The notes: generated by a model from the letters alone, not told the origin. Numbered from the whole stretch's first letter, positions 11,939 through 24,817 are shown. The stretch: 58,373 nucleotides of DNA, filler included, from Sphacelaria rigidula (GCA_964200075.2; 7 parts of 7 records of this genome joined end to end with filler, not necessarily neighbours in it); one strand, 5' to 3'. Made by a program: numbers and translations.

Positions 11939-14900
11939 TCACCGGTTGTAGTAGCCGTAATTTCCCCTGTCACGAGAGCGGGAGCGCCGTCTGTAGCGAT
12001 CACCCCCGTTGCCGTACGACGAACGCCCTCCCCTGGACACGTAGAGGAAAGGGGAAGCGAAGGATGTTGGTTACCGAGTGCCACGGAAAGGTTGCGTTCA
12101 TCTTCTTCCTGGCTTCATTATTTGCTTCACGTTCGCACTTACCTGACCACGTCAGAATTCGTACACTCACGTTCGCCGTAATACATTCCGGTCTTAACGT
12201 GATCCACGAAATTGCAGTCACGCATGTGCTTGCTGACTTCACGTCGCAACTCATGTCCCACAATCCACCATGGGTGCCGCGATGAAGCCAGTAACATCAA
12301 TTCGAATCGCACCTGTCACGGTCCCTACTGCGGGCACGCCCCCGATCTCTGGATCTGTCTCTTGATCTGTCTCTCGATCTGTCTCTCGATCGATCTCTTG
12401 ATCTGTCCCTCGATCGGCCTCTCGTCCTCTCTTTATCACGCGATCTGTCGCGTGACCTGTCACGCGATCTATCACGTGACCTGTCACGTGATCTATCTCG
12501 CCCCCCTCCGCGGCCTCCACCCCTAGTATCCCTGCTATCCCTGTCCCTGTCTCTGTCCCTATCCCTCTCTCGATCTCTGCTCCGATCTTGGTCTCTGTTC
12601 GTGTCCCGAGAGTCATTCCTCCTGTGATACACAACAAGACAAAAATAGTGAAATCACGAACCGAAGGTAAAAATCGCATATAGGAAGGAACGGGACAAAG
12701 ATGGTTGCGTGGAGCTGTGTGGTTCAAGCTGCTGAAGGAGAAAGCTGCCCCTCGACGTTGTTCCGACTGACTCTCTCCGTGTCACGTGTGCCGTGTCGCT
12801 CGTATACCTGATCCTGCACGTTCTCTTGCTGCATCTTGCTGAGGCTACGTTCACCGTGATCTCTCAGCCAATGCAGCGTACGTACTTTCATAATGCACTG
12901 TAGTTGTGCTCGCTTACCTGGCTGGAGCAGGCTTGTTTGCGAACTTCACTCTGAACTCATTCAACTTGTCGCGGCAAGCCTTCCAGCCCAGGTACTGTTT
13001 GCCCTGAAAGTGGCAGCGGATCCGCTCTTCGTTCTCCGCCGACGACAGGATATTGCCCGCCACCAACATGATATTTCCGCTCACCTTCCGATTTCAAGTA
13101 ATACCCGACAAACGAAGAATTTTTTACATGGAAGAAAAAAGTGTCAATGGTGCGAAAAAAAATAACGACACGTGTTCATTTGCTTTTCAGGAACACCCAT
13201 ATATATTTTCGAAGTCTACACTGAATAATTCGTGTTCCATCGTAACATATTAATCATTTCAAGAAAAAAATGATTTAAGATATAAAAATGAAAGAAGGCA
13301 GGATTCGAGCCTGCGACGGTAAAAACCAACACCCATAGAACCGACACACAAGTTGGGACAAATGAGCCAAACGCTGCACAACACTCTAGTTCGAACAATC
13401 AACACGGGAGGGGGGGGGGGGGGGGCGAAGGGAGTGGAAGCAAAATGTAATTCTCACTGCTACAGCAAGGCAAGATCGATGCACACGGCCTGTCAATCTT
13501 GTCTTCTCCTGCCTCTCTGCCGCTGTTCTCGTGCCTTGACCTACCTCGCACACGATGTCCCTTTTGCTGTTTTCGCTTTCTTTGGCCATCTGTCTCTCGA
13601 GGGCGCTCTTGCTCTCCTTCATACGCGCAACCTGCAACATCCCCCAAAGGAACATATGCATGAGCGCACGTACACACACATTGTGGAGAATGGCACACAC
13701 AAGCTGTTCCGTCGAATTAGCCTCAATTTTCGTCGGCCAATAATATCGCAACACGCAACATATCAATGCAGACCGAGACTCTAAATGCTCCTCATTGTAT
13801 AGAAAACAGCCGCACGGTTTATCTCGCACCGGCAGGCCGTGGTGAGTTGCTAGCGGTGCCAAATACAGACCTCCAATTGTAAAGAGTAAGGCGAGCTCAA
13901 ATATCCTGCAAAAAAAACATTCCGCTCTTTTTTGGTCACATTTTCGTGGAAGTGTCGTACGTCTACGAGCTCGGTGTGCACCGCCAACAGTCGTGGGCAG
14001 CTGGTAGAACACTGCAGCGATTAGCACAGTGTCGCTTGCAGCTTCAAAGACAAAGTCAAACATCCCGGGTCACGCGTATGACATATTTTACAGCCAAAGA
14101 AAGTGCGATATTCCAGTCGAATCTCACCACGAGCTGGTTCAGATTCAACGCCCAAAATCCATTCCCCGGGATTCCCTCACGCCGTTTTTTCGAGTTAGAC
14201 CACGAAAAATTGCATATATGTTTTCGAGGGTACTATCTAAAACTCCAAAACCGGATTTTTTCATTTTTTTTTGTTGGTGTCGAGATTGCCGGGATTTGGC
14301 CCCTCCCCGGGTCAAGTAGGTCAACCGCGACCTTGGATACAAGGCCACCAGCAAAAAATAAAAATAAACCGGTCTTCGAGTTTTAGATAGTGCCCTCCAG
14401 AACATGTGTGCAATTTTTCGTGGTCCAACTCGAGAAAACGGCGTGAGTAAATGCCAAGACGTGCGCCGAAGTGTAAAAAAGTCTGTAATTACTTGATTAA
14501 AGCAGAGAATCGCCCTTTTGGGCGGTTGTTTTCACGGTAAAAGACGCAGCCAATTCGGTTTTTCGAGTAGAGCAACGAAAATTGGTACACAGATGTTTCT
14601 TGGGATATCACCAAACCCTAAAATATCAAAATTTTCGTGGTGGGGCATTCCGTACCGGTTTCCTGGGGTCTACATGCTGGGACGCCCGGAAGCCGATGGA
14701 GAACGGAGAAACTTTGAAATCTTGCCAAGAATATCATTGTTGCATTTGGAGCATCAATACCTATGGAACTGCCAAGTTTGAGGATGATCTGAGCTTTTCT
14801 CCAACAGATGAAAGGGAAATCGTCTCGAGGCTACGTGGGTCTTTCGTGTGTATCATGAGTGGAAACTAGACGACGCCAAAGCTCCACATCACCGAAACAT

Positions 14901-15976
14901 TACGGTTGGGGGCAAGCTCCGACCCCGTTGGAACCGTTTTCAAATCGTTACTCCCATTAGATTCCCAAGCTGATGACGGTTACTACGATTTGAACCATGT
15001 GGAGATTCGGTGGAAATTGCGCTTCAAATTAGTGCTTTCAAATTCAGAAAAAATTGCAAGGCGCTGACTCGTCGAGACATATTTTTGTCCATAGCACCAC
15101 CACTCTAGCCTTGAACAAAAATCCGGCTATGTCACCCTTTTCGTCTGTTCATTGCGGTCAGTATGACACCATATTTGTGCATATTGGCTGGGTATTGCAT
15201 TGATCATTAGCCAGGAAATAAATTTTGGATATTCAATCTGAACCAGCTTGTACATGCCGTAAAAAAAAAACTTGCACGCTTGCTCCAGTCCTCACGCCAT
15301 TTCCAATAACTACAAAGCAATGTCTACATACGTGTTCCTGAATAAAACACCGAAATCGTCAGTGTCTAGCTGTTTCTCCGTTGATTCGGTGGGCACGCGC
15401 CCACTCCATGATATGTCCTACATTCGGAATACTTCTGCACTCTTTTCATTTCTCACCCCGCCTCCGAGATGTGAAACACGAAGTTGCACACACACACACA
15501 CATGTTCATAAAAGCAGCCGAGGATGTCAATGCGTAGTTCAATTTCCTTCACCTCGGTTCAAGCAGTTTTTGGGATCCCCGGCCGTTTGCCGCAACGAGG
15601 AATCCCTGGGAAAACACGTAAACCAGGGGAAATAAGATCAGACCCGACACTGACTACCTCGGACTTATTCTACAAAGGTGAACAGGGAAACTCTCGCCAC
15701 TTCGAATTCTTGAAAGATGATCCGACAGATGGCTGGAGCCCTAATATCTGGGTTCTACCGTGGGTCAATCACCCTTCAAGTGATATCTTTGGATACGTCA
15801 ACAGTACAAAAAAAAAATTAGCGGTAGTAGTCGTAGTAGTCGTAGTAGTCGTAGTCGTAGTCGTAGTCGTAGTCGTAGTCGTAGTCGAAGTCGTAGTCGT
15901 AGTCGTAGTCGTAGTCGTAGTCGTAGTCGTAGTCGTAGTCGTATTCGTATTCGTAGTCGTATTCGTATTCGCAATC

Positions 15977-16029
<53 letters not shown>

Positions 16030-16382
16030 GGTGGTGGTGGCGGTGGTGGTAGCAGTAGTAGTAGTAGTCTAGTAGTAGTAGCAGTCGTAGGCGTAGTCGT
16101 AGTCGTAGTAGTCGTAGGAGCAGTAGTGGTAGTGGTAGTAGTGGTCGTGGTCGTAGTCGTAGTCGTAGTCGTAGTCGTCGTAGTAGTCGTGGTGGTGGTG
16201 GCGGTGGTGGTGGTAGTAGTGGTAACATCAAGACAATACTAATACTACAACGTACAAATAATATAATCAAACACAAATGCTAAAGTGAAGTTCGTTCAAC
16301 GTACCTCGGCGAGAAGGGCCTGTGCCTCATCGACGAGACCTTCCTCTGCTTGCTTTTCTGATTGTTCCATCTTCTCGCCCAT
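11939..16382 (-). CDS. LUC7: LUC7-family U1 snRNP-associated splicing factor, 3' part; exons 16382-16305, 13631-13545, 13084-12918, 12621-12313, 12032-11939
   Basis: Phase-compatible GT-AG exons give MGEKMEQSEKQAEEGLVDEAQALLAE|VARMKESK...DIVCE|VSGNIMLVAGNILSSAENEERIRCHFQGKQYLGWKACRDKLNEF...|RD/RS repeats|GGRSSYGNGGDRYRRRSRSRDRGNYGYYNR*. This is the coiled-coil, ZnF2, RS-tail layout of LUC7 proteins. Confidence 0.88.
14176..14447. repeat. Long imperfect inverted repeat (foldback) in a LUC7 intron
   Basis: Arms of ~100 bp at 14176-~14279 and ~14346-14447 are reverse complements, around a ~65-bp loop. Confidence 0.85.
15823..16223. repeat. Compound microsatellite (GTAGTC)n/(GTA)n/(GTG)n, intronic
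   Basis: Directly visible in the sequence. Confidence 0.95.
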
Positions 16383-16536
16383 CTGCGATACGCATACAAG
16401 GAGAGACCACAGAGTACCATGCATACGCCCAGGTGGGAAAAACAGCAGGTCAACAGGCAGGTACAGCGGGGGCCGGCAGACCGACTTACAATGACAGACG
16501 GGGAACAGAACCACTTCAGGTAGATCTAACCAGCAT

Positions 16537-16609
16537 GTGTTGTGTGTGTGTTGTCCCATTTATTGTGGGCGCCAGTCTACACCTTTCGGTATATGTGGGC
16601 GCATCAGCC
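16537..16609 (-). mobile_element. 3' end of the tRNA-derived SINE with a (CA)-rich tail
   Basis: CACCTTTCGGTATATGTGGGCGCA is shared with 45257-45280, and an adjacent TG-rich run is present. Confidence 0.7.
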
Positions 16610-16709
16610 NNNNNNNNNNNNNNNNNNNNNNNNNNNNNNNNNNNNNNNNNNNNTTAATTAATTAANNNNNNNNNNNNNNNNNNNNNNNNNNNNNNNNNNN
16701 NNNNNNNNN

Positions 16710-19700
16710 CAACTCGAGCCGGAGGCGCCGTGCTCATTGAATACGGCTCTAATGTATCGTGGAGAGCAAATACGTCTTTCCGCAATAACGATGCGGGTGC
16801 ATCAGGAGGGGCTGTTTCGATATCATCGTCGAATGAAAATAGTGAAGACATTCCGTCGTTCATCGTTATCGACGCGCCGACGACGTTCGTCGAGAATAGC
16901 TGCAGGGCCGGTGGAGGGGCGATGGCCATTGTCGGCGAAATACCTGCGAAATTCACTCCGAATACCGTGAGATTTGAGCGGAACTCCACAGACTTCGGAG
17001 GAGCGGTGTTCGCAGCAAGTTCAGAGATTGGACCACAGTTCATCGGTGCAACGTTTACTTCGAACTCCGCCGAGAGAGGCGGGGCGGTATTTCTCACGGG
17101 CAGCGGAAACAAGGTCACGGACTACAAATTCCTAGATCCGACTACGTTCGACCAATGCCAATTTCACCGAAACGTGGCGGGAATAGACGGTGGAGCTGTG
17201 GAGACCGGGGCGGGTCGAGATATCTTCACCGACACGTTGTTTGTCGGCAACGTTGCACAGGTTGGAGGAGCTTTGAGTCTCGCTGGCGAGGCGTGTATAT
17301 CCAACTGCACCTTCATAGAGAATACCTCAGCCCAGGGTGACGGACCCGCGATCTCCAACGTTGGGTCGATTGAAAGGATCGAAAACAGCTATTTCGCCGA
17401 CAACGTGTTCGTGTGTGAGCGTGGGAATTTTCTCGACTTTTACTCGGTGAGATTGGATATGATGCTATGATCAACGCCTCCGTTCTCTGTACGGTTTTTA
17501 CTTGTTATCGCAAATGCAGTAGCGATCCGCGTTATTCATTGCTGTGTGCGAGGACAGATACTGTCCATATGTTGCAATGTGCAGTACTGTAATCGAAAAT
17601 CAGGTTCACCAGAAATGCCAATAGTTCGTGTATTACTATCTTCAGGAGTGCCATTATCGAGGTAGTGCACACACTATCGTGTGAATTTACCAATATTTAG
17701 TACATGTTGTCGTCACTATTTATCTCGAGTGTGAAACACGACGACTGCTGTTGCCCACAGCGCTCACAGCGTACACCCCCACCAGGAGACCAGAGACCAA
17801 GAGCATGAACTACCCCCTCAGCACTCGAGCACTGCCTTTCAACAGTGGCAGCAGCGATTTTGGTGATGCTCCTTTTTGTTGCCGCATTTTTGCTCCGAAA
17901 ACGTTCACGGTGCGCGGCACCGATGTATTGCGAATGTATAGGTCTGTTGTGGTCGTGCCAATCTTCCACTTCATGTTGATACAATGCAAAAAATCCATAC
18001 GGCACCAAGGTTACGCCTGGTCATTGCAGAATGCGAGATATCTTGTGAGCATATTTTTTTTTGTTCTACCATTTTCTACATTTGAAGCATGGTGATTGCC
18101 TGTGTGACCACGCCTACGGGGCATGGTGAAGAGATACAAACGTGACGTTACAGCAGCCGAGAATCCTGTTCGAGGGTGGTCGTCAGCGGACACATAGCCA
18201 AGCTCGTGAGGAATCACCGGGAAGTAATGTGTGCGTCGTGACACTATCTACGAATGTCAGGTCGCAATGCAGATCGGTCCCACGGCTTGAACTGCTAGAA
18301 GGGTCTTCGGCGAACATAGCGCGCACACGAGCCAAACGTAGCGCAACAAGATCCCTACCATGGTACAAGTCCCCCGGGGTGCGCCGCACACTCTGATCAG
18401 CCAATCGCGCACCTTGAGGTTTCTGAATCTAAAACCATGAACGAAATGGACAGAATAACCCTCAAAAGTAGTCTCTGCCGCTACCATGAGAGCCTGCACT
18501 GTGCGTGCCACGGGCTGCAACCCAGACGCGGCACGTCCAGCGTCCCATCGCATCGCACGACTCTTGCTGGACGTGGGTCCTTCTAGCCTATAGATAACAT
18601 CATAATCGAGTGGATCCAGTGCAATCCCCTGTCGGAACCAACATGCGTGTACAACTTTTGCCGCAACAAATGGGGGCTGACCCTGCTGCACAACGCACGC
18701 CGAGGGCAGTGTACCGTGAGGAAGACCACCGGCTATTTCTCGAAAACGGCTCATATGCCGCAGGCATGGTAGTTTCACTGATCGTTCATGCGGTCTACAC
18801 ACTTGGCGGTGACTACGAAATAGGCACTTCCCGATCGGCTTTTGGTCATCATAAGATCCAAATTGGGATTGAGCAGTGCATGAAGAGAAGCAGACAAACA
18901 ATTCTCGGTTTCGTCGATGTTTTCACTTTCGCTGAATCTGAAGCGGTGCCGCTTGCTAGCGTTCGTCCCGAAATTCTCCCCAGGTCGGCTAAAGTGAATA
19001 CACAATTTGAACTTCTCGCTCGCGTTTTCGAGTACAGTCGACCCCACGTGTTGAAGGGAGCAGCGCAGTGGATATACAATACCTGACCACGGGCTGGGTT
19101 TTCGCGATCAGCTAATGTGAGATAACCAATCAAATCAATTAGAGGACCCGAATCTCTCGCTCAAGGTTTTGAGAGTTAGGACCTGGAATTTTGGGCACGT
19201 TAGATGATACCATATGTTCTCAATACGTTGTTGGGTCATATCGAGCACACCTCTTCTTATACTCAGATGTGCAAGAGTTTCGACCCACTGCGGTGTTCTT
19301 GAACCAATCGCAGATACAGCAGGTCTTGGCCGGTAGCTCAAGAGTCGTGGCTGAACCCCATAAAGATCACGCCAGAGTCCGTACGAAGCACGCACGAAAT
19401 ACTCGAAGAACAAGCACATTACGTCTGGTGCTGGTCCATGTTCATCTACACACAGCTGTCTTTGCCTGAAGGGAAATCTGCTCAGAATTGTAAGAGCGGT
19501 GAACGCATGCGTACAAATTGAGTTGTCAACGTTTCAGCTTGTGGCCGTTTTTGCGTGTGTCAGATGGGTTGGATTGGATACATAAAATCGTATCTTAGTC
19601 TCTTATTTGAGGAGATTCGACCCCGAAAACGTTGATGCATGGTTATGCCTTCGGTGTCTGTGACGTATTTGCATGTGTTGTGTTGCCGATGACACCCACG

Positions 19701-22481
19701 TGATGTCTCAAATGCTTTTCGATCGCCCCATTGTTGTTTTTCTCAAGAATTCCAAAAAGACTGTTAAAAGCCTTTTCCCGAAAGGGATTAATTGGGAGTG
19801 GTATCGCACCAAACCGTCGTAGGTATGAGGAACTATCTTTCTGTTCGAATCTCGCTTCTTTCCACCCCGGTAGCACAAACCACCAGCTCGATACAGACGC
19901 AGAGCATCCAAGATGATGGACCTTGGTGCTCAGATTTGCAGAAGAGAGTAAGGTATAGTTCCCTCTGTAGGACGGTTTGCAGTACAGCTTGCCCGGACAC
20001 CGGGTTAGCAACATTCGCTGCTCTAGAAAATGTTCATAGAAGGCAGCAAATAAATGTGCATGTATATATATATATATACTTTATCGCTTGATTGACACAA
20101 ACCAAGCTATGGTGTTGTCTCTTGTAATACACCATCCCCGGGAAGTCAGGAAAAGCAACCCCGAAAGGACCTGAACAACCAATCTATGATACCTCTTCGA
20201 TTCGTACATTTTTGCCGCTTCACAGTCGGAAAACATTTCCGAGATCGTCTGCGACGAATGCCAGATACCATGCACCACATGCGATTTTGGAGAAAAAAGC
20301 AGAAAGACTCCGCGGTGCGTGACAGAGCTCGATAACTCAGAAAGTGCTGGCGGCAACGAGACACTGCAGACCCTATCAACCCAGGTTACTGGCGAGCCAC
20401 GAAGACCAGCTACGACGTGAGAGCGTGCTACAATGCCGACGCATGCGCTGGGGGATCGACAGGAAATGTTAAATATTGCAAGGACGGATACAGAGGGCCA
20501 TGTGAGAAGCGATTGATTTCGTTGGATCGGGAGTGCGTTTCCCGCTTATGGGATATTTTTCAATAAATGAAGTGTGTCGTCGTGCCCCTCAAAAGAGAGT
20601 TATATCCGGTTAGTGCACCTGCCGTTTTCGAGACTAGGCGCTTACGATGTTTTGCTCGTCGATCCATTATTCTCTTGAAATATTCCAAAGTCTCGAGGGA
20701 GCAGTGGTAATCTCGGGAGAAACGAGGCTGTTACATGGCCTGTGCAATACGTCGAGAGTTCTCCTCGGCGAAGATTCGATACGAGGTTGGCGACAAACTG
20801 TCCTCCCCCCCCCCCCCCCCCCCGCGTCCCAACAAATAGGGGCCCTGTTCTTTCCACATTTTTTCCCCCCCCCCCCCNNNNNNNNNNTGGTACCCCTTGG
20901 TTCTCCTCCCCGGCCGCTTTTGTGTGCTGTAGTTGGTTCTCTCAGACCTCCCACCCCCCCCCCCTGTGCGATCCTAATCAAGTGGTGCCCGTTGACTTAC
21001 AACTTTCGTGCCCCTCATGCGCAGATTGTTCTATTTGCGAGGAAGGCGTCACTTCGGGTCTAGGTTACACTTGCCATAATTGCTCCGATGCTACGGGTGG
21101 TTTGGTACTAGTCGTAGTCCTTGGCATCTTAGCGTTTGGTGCGGTTGTTGCCTTTCTGCTTTTCATGATGTCCGCGAGGTCGGGGGGTGATGGCCCAGGA
21201 GCTGTGGCTCGCGTGGCACGAGTCATGCCGTTGCAATCTGTGAAGATCGTCATCGTTGCGTGGCAAATCTTGACGCAGGTGAGACAGGGAAGCTATGGTA
21301 GGTTCTCCAAGGATAGCGTATACGGTACGTGTTGGTAGATGGATTGATTAGTTGTGCCACATATACTTATCCACCACGAAGATAGTCATACCCGAGGCAA
21401 TCCTTACGTACCCAGAAGTTCTTCTCTCCTTTTATTCCCGTTGTGGGTAGGTTTTTGCTTGGTATCGAGTCGATCAAGCCAGAACAAAACAAGAGGAATA
21501 TTTCCACGCTTTTTAGGCGGATTCCCACGCATGTCCAACCACTATCGCTCATGACATTGTTTCGTGTGTTCGCCTTGCAGTTCTCCGAAGTGGCGAACGT
21601 TACCTACCCGGACGTATATCAGGAGCTCCTGGATGGTCTGGACGTGCTGAATTTCGAGCTGAGCTGGATACTCTCGACCGGGTGCATCTTAGACGTGGAC
21701 TTTCACGAGCGCCTCATCATATCCACGATAACCCCTATCGTCTGTTTGGCAATTCTCGGAGCTACGTACTTCTTTGGGGGCCGGGACAGAACCAGTTAGT
21801 CGGAAACCACGCTGGGATCATTTCGTCGAAAGCACCTCACCATGGTGATTTTGTTGACGTTTCTGGTGTACTCATCAGTTTCTTCTGTCTTATTCCAGAT
21901 ATTCTCCTGTCTTATTCCAGATATTCTCATTCCAGATCTACGCAGGGTTTATGATTGTCGTGTACACGGCAGGCATCCACGCTTTCTACGTCACTCTTCT
22001 TTTCTGGAACCGTGAGGTGCTGATAGACGACGGCCGTCGTGAAACCGACATGCGCATTAAACCGATCACGAGTCTGTGGTCGCCGTACAAACCGCAGCGG
22101 TTCTACTACGAGGTGATCGAGTGTGGTCGCCGGATCTCGCTCACTGGAGTCGTGGTTTTTATATATCCCAACACATCGGCGCAGATCTCCGTTACGCTCG
22201 TACTCACCGTGTTTTTCAGTTTAGTGTCGGAGGCGTTGGCTCCTTATACGTCCAGATGGGATTCCTGGGTGAATCGCACGGGGCATGCGATTATATTTTT
22301 GAGCATGTATTTGGCGCTGTTGTTGAAGATAGACGTGTCCACCGATGACCCCGCTAGCCGCAGGCTGTTTGGGGTCATTCTGGTGCCGGTCAGTGTGTTC
22401 ATGATCACTGTTGTTCTAATCGAAGCTGTCTTGATTGCTTGTGCGTTGAGGTACCGAGAGCAAGATGGCCTTGATGAGTAA
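16710..22481 (+). pseudogene. Pmp-repeat (GGA[ILV]/FxxN beta-helix) + Cys-rich + multi-TM membrane protein pseudogene; exons <16710-17446, 20226-20501, 21025-21278, 21581-22481
   Basis: Repeated GGAV/FxxN motifs, PGYWR..C..C..GYRGP|YCSIC, KIVIVAWQILTQ|F and LWSPYKPQRFYYEVIECGRR. Lesions: frameshift at ~20375, in-frame TAG at 21797-21799, and a frameshifting duplication at 21885-21937. Confidence 0.85.
17700..20010 (-). mobile_element. Intronic decayed coding insert, possibly a KDZ-type transposase relic
   Basis: The minus frame 18257-18901 reads C..AGGL-PHG..., then FVHGFRFRNL, loosely like the KDZ CxHG and FHxxNH motifs. No TIRs were found. Confidence 0.3.
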
Positions 22482-23348
22482 AAAAATGGCCGAGGTGTTA
22501 CGTGTTTTCTCGAAGAAGGAAGCCATCTTGGATCTGCCAACGTCAACGATGCGGAAACAGGAGCAAACATCGTATCGCGCAGGTTCATAGATATTAACTA
22601 GGGCTGCACACCGCTGACAAGCCAACCGTGTATTTTAATAGGGAGGAGTTGCATGATTCTTTCAATGCGTGAAGGGGCCGGCGTGTGCAATCGGTCACGA
22701 TCAATGTTTTGGTTTTTGTAGGCGTCTTTTGCGCCAATTGCTTGCTTCAAGTGCGTCGATGCCGCTGCGTAAGCCGGCTTCACATACGCCTTGGAGGATA
22801 TTGTTTTCCGAAGAGCCAACAAACCACCCACCCACTGGAGGACGGCCCACCATCTAAAGATACAGAAGCGAGTAGACCAGAGAGGGGTGTTACCAGGTTT
22901 CAAAATTATGGGAAAGGGGGCAAGGGTAGAGGAGAATCACGGAACCCCACGTCCTCGTCGTGACTATAGGCGGTCGGAGAAAGCTGAATAATCGCTATTT
23001 TTCATCGCGGACCGAGGGATCCAGCGACCGCGTCGAAGTCTGAGTGTACCGAGGCCGGACGTGAGGGCTCGGAGGATATACGTTGGGAGAGTAGTGTGCT
23101 GCAGGCGGACAATACGTAGAGTAGCACCGTGAATATTCAACACCAGGCTTCATACAGCACGTTTATCACAGCTTACTTGTTTTGTTGTGTTCAACCCACG
23201 TTGAGTTGGTCCACGTGTGGGTTCCTCATATGCTGGCACCTCCTTGGTGTCTGGTCGTCGGTACGTTTTGAATAGTGTTTATTCCTGGGCATGTTATCCT
23301 GTATTTCTTTGCTCGTTTCCCCTTGGGAACGACTATCTCATTTGTAGT

Positions 23349-23597
23349 TTCCTAATAATGGCGTCATTCCGATGTTTGCCAACCTTGTGTCTGTTATTTG
23401 GTGTGCATTCTTTTCCTGCAGTACGACGTGTCTCTGAATTTGGCCACTGGATCGCGTACTTACAACCTAAATGAGTAATATTATTCGTAATTTTCCTAAT
23501 AATGGCGTCATTCCGATGTTTCCCGTTATTTGGTGTGCATTATTTTCCTGCAGTACGACGTGTCTCTGAATTTGGCCACTGGATCGCGTACTTACAA
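23349..23597. repeat. Local tandem duplication (~110-120 bp, two copies)
   Basis: TTCCTAATAATGGCGTCATTCCGATGTTT...GGATCGCGTACTTACAA occurs at ~23349-23465 and ~23492-23597. Confidence 0.9.
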
Positions 23598-24329
23598 ACA
23601 AAATGGGTCGTGTTCGTATGGTGAGTTTTCGCGATCGTATATTTTGTCTCCGGACCGCGGGTATGAAGAAAGGGCTGTTGTAAAGAGAAAAAAAGTGGAA
23701 TGGACAACGACCGCAGCTAGTATCTGAGCTCCAGGGAAGAAAATGCGCGGAGTTCGTAAGTGCCGAGTTGTGGTCCGCGTGGGTTTACTTCTACGAAAGT
23801 ACAGTATTTAAAAATAAACATCTCTACCAATACTAGTAGAAATGGGGTATGTGGATGGTATCTAGGTTTTAGATTTTCGGCCATGAGTAAAGGAACTAGT
23901 ACTTCACCAACGCTCTTCGCTTCAACATGGGTATAGGGTTCATGTGTTTATACTTCAAGCAAGCCTTGTGTGTGTTTACGTTTTGCGGAGGTGTCTTTTA
24001 TTCTGCTGTTCCAGGTTTGCCGTAACCTAGGGGATTGCAGAATCGACCGTGAGCGTTCTGATAGCCACCGTCAAGCAGAAAGCGGGAGCTATCCCTTCAT
24101 TTTTGCGTGTCGCACTTTGAACCCGCCCCCCTTCCTCGGGACGAATCCGTGGTCTCAAGGAACCAACCCATCTTTCGTCCCCGGTACACGCCCTGAATTT
24201 TCGACGCACGGATTGGGTCAGCACTCCCGCACCGCGTCAACTTTCGTCGAATAAACTCAGTCCACTACTCCTTTTTATTTACTCACGCACTAACGCTTTC
24301 GACGGTGGAAATAAGATACTTGGAGAAAA

Positions 24330-24410
24330 ACACCCCAACGCATCGGGTATTCGAACCCTCGTTCTCTCCACCCCAACGGTGACAATCGGATCATTGGACC
24401 ACCGGGGCCC
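24330..24410 (-). mobile_element. tRNA-derived SINE-like head (second family)
   Basis: The minus strand reads GCCCCGGTGGTCCAATG...GGGTTCGAATACCC, resembling A and B boxes. It does not form a clean cloverleaf. Confidence 0.45.
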
Positions 24411-24817
24411 GACTAGAGTGGTTCTACATGAAAAAGTAAATAACGACAGAAAGCACCGTCGGACATCCACATAAAATCGTGGATGCCCATGGGTTTACCC
24501 ACGAGCTGTTGGGTCCAAGGTTCGCGTTATTATCCCGTCGGTGACAGTGTCGGGAGTGTCGCCAACCGTTTCTACACTGTCGGTGACAGCGCCGAGATCT
24601 CCACCGACATGTGAAACGCTGTAGGGGGCAAACTCTCGCACACCCCGAGCACCGTAGAAGGCAGAGAGCGACCGGATGGCGGGGGCGGGTGACGGAGGGT
24701 GGAAAAAAAAGGAGGCCGGGAAAAAAGTGAAGTGAACTAAAACAAGGACGAGGCCGGTGGGACATCGGGGTGAGGGGATAGAGGTATCTTCTTGCATGAT
24801 TTCGACCCCCCCCTCTC

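Noticed and set aside
15524..16276. Poly-Val and poly-Tyr/Asp ORFs
   Set aside because: They are translations of an intronic microsatellite.
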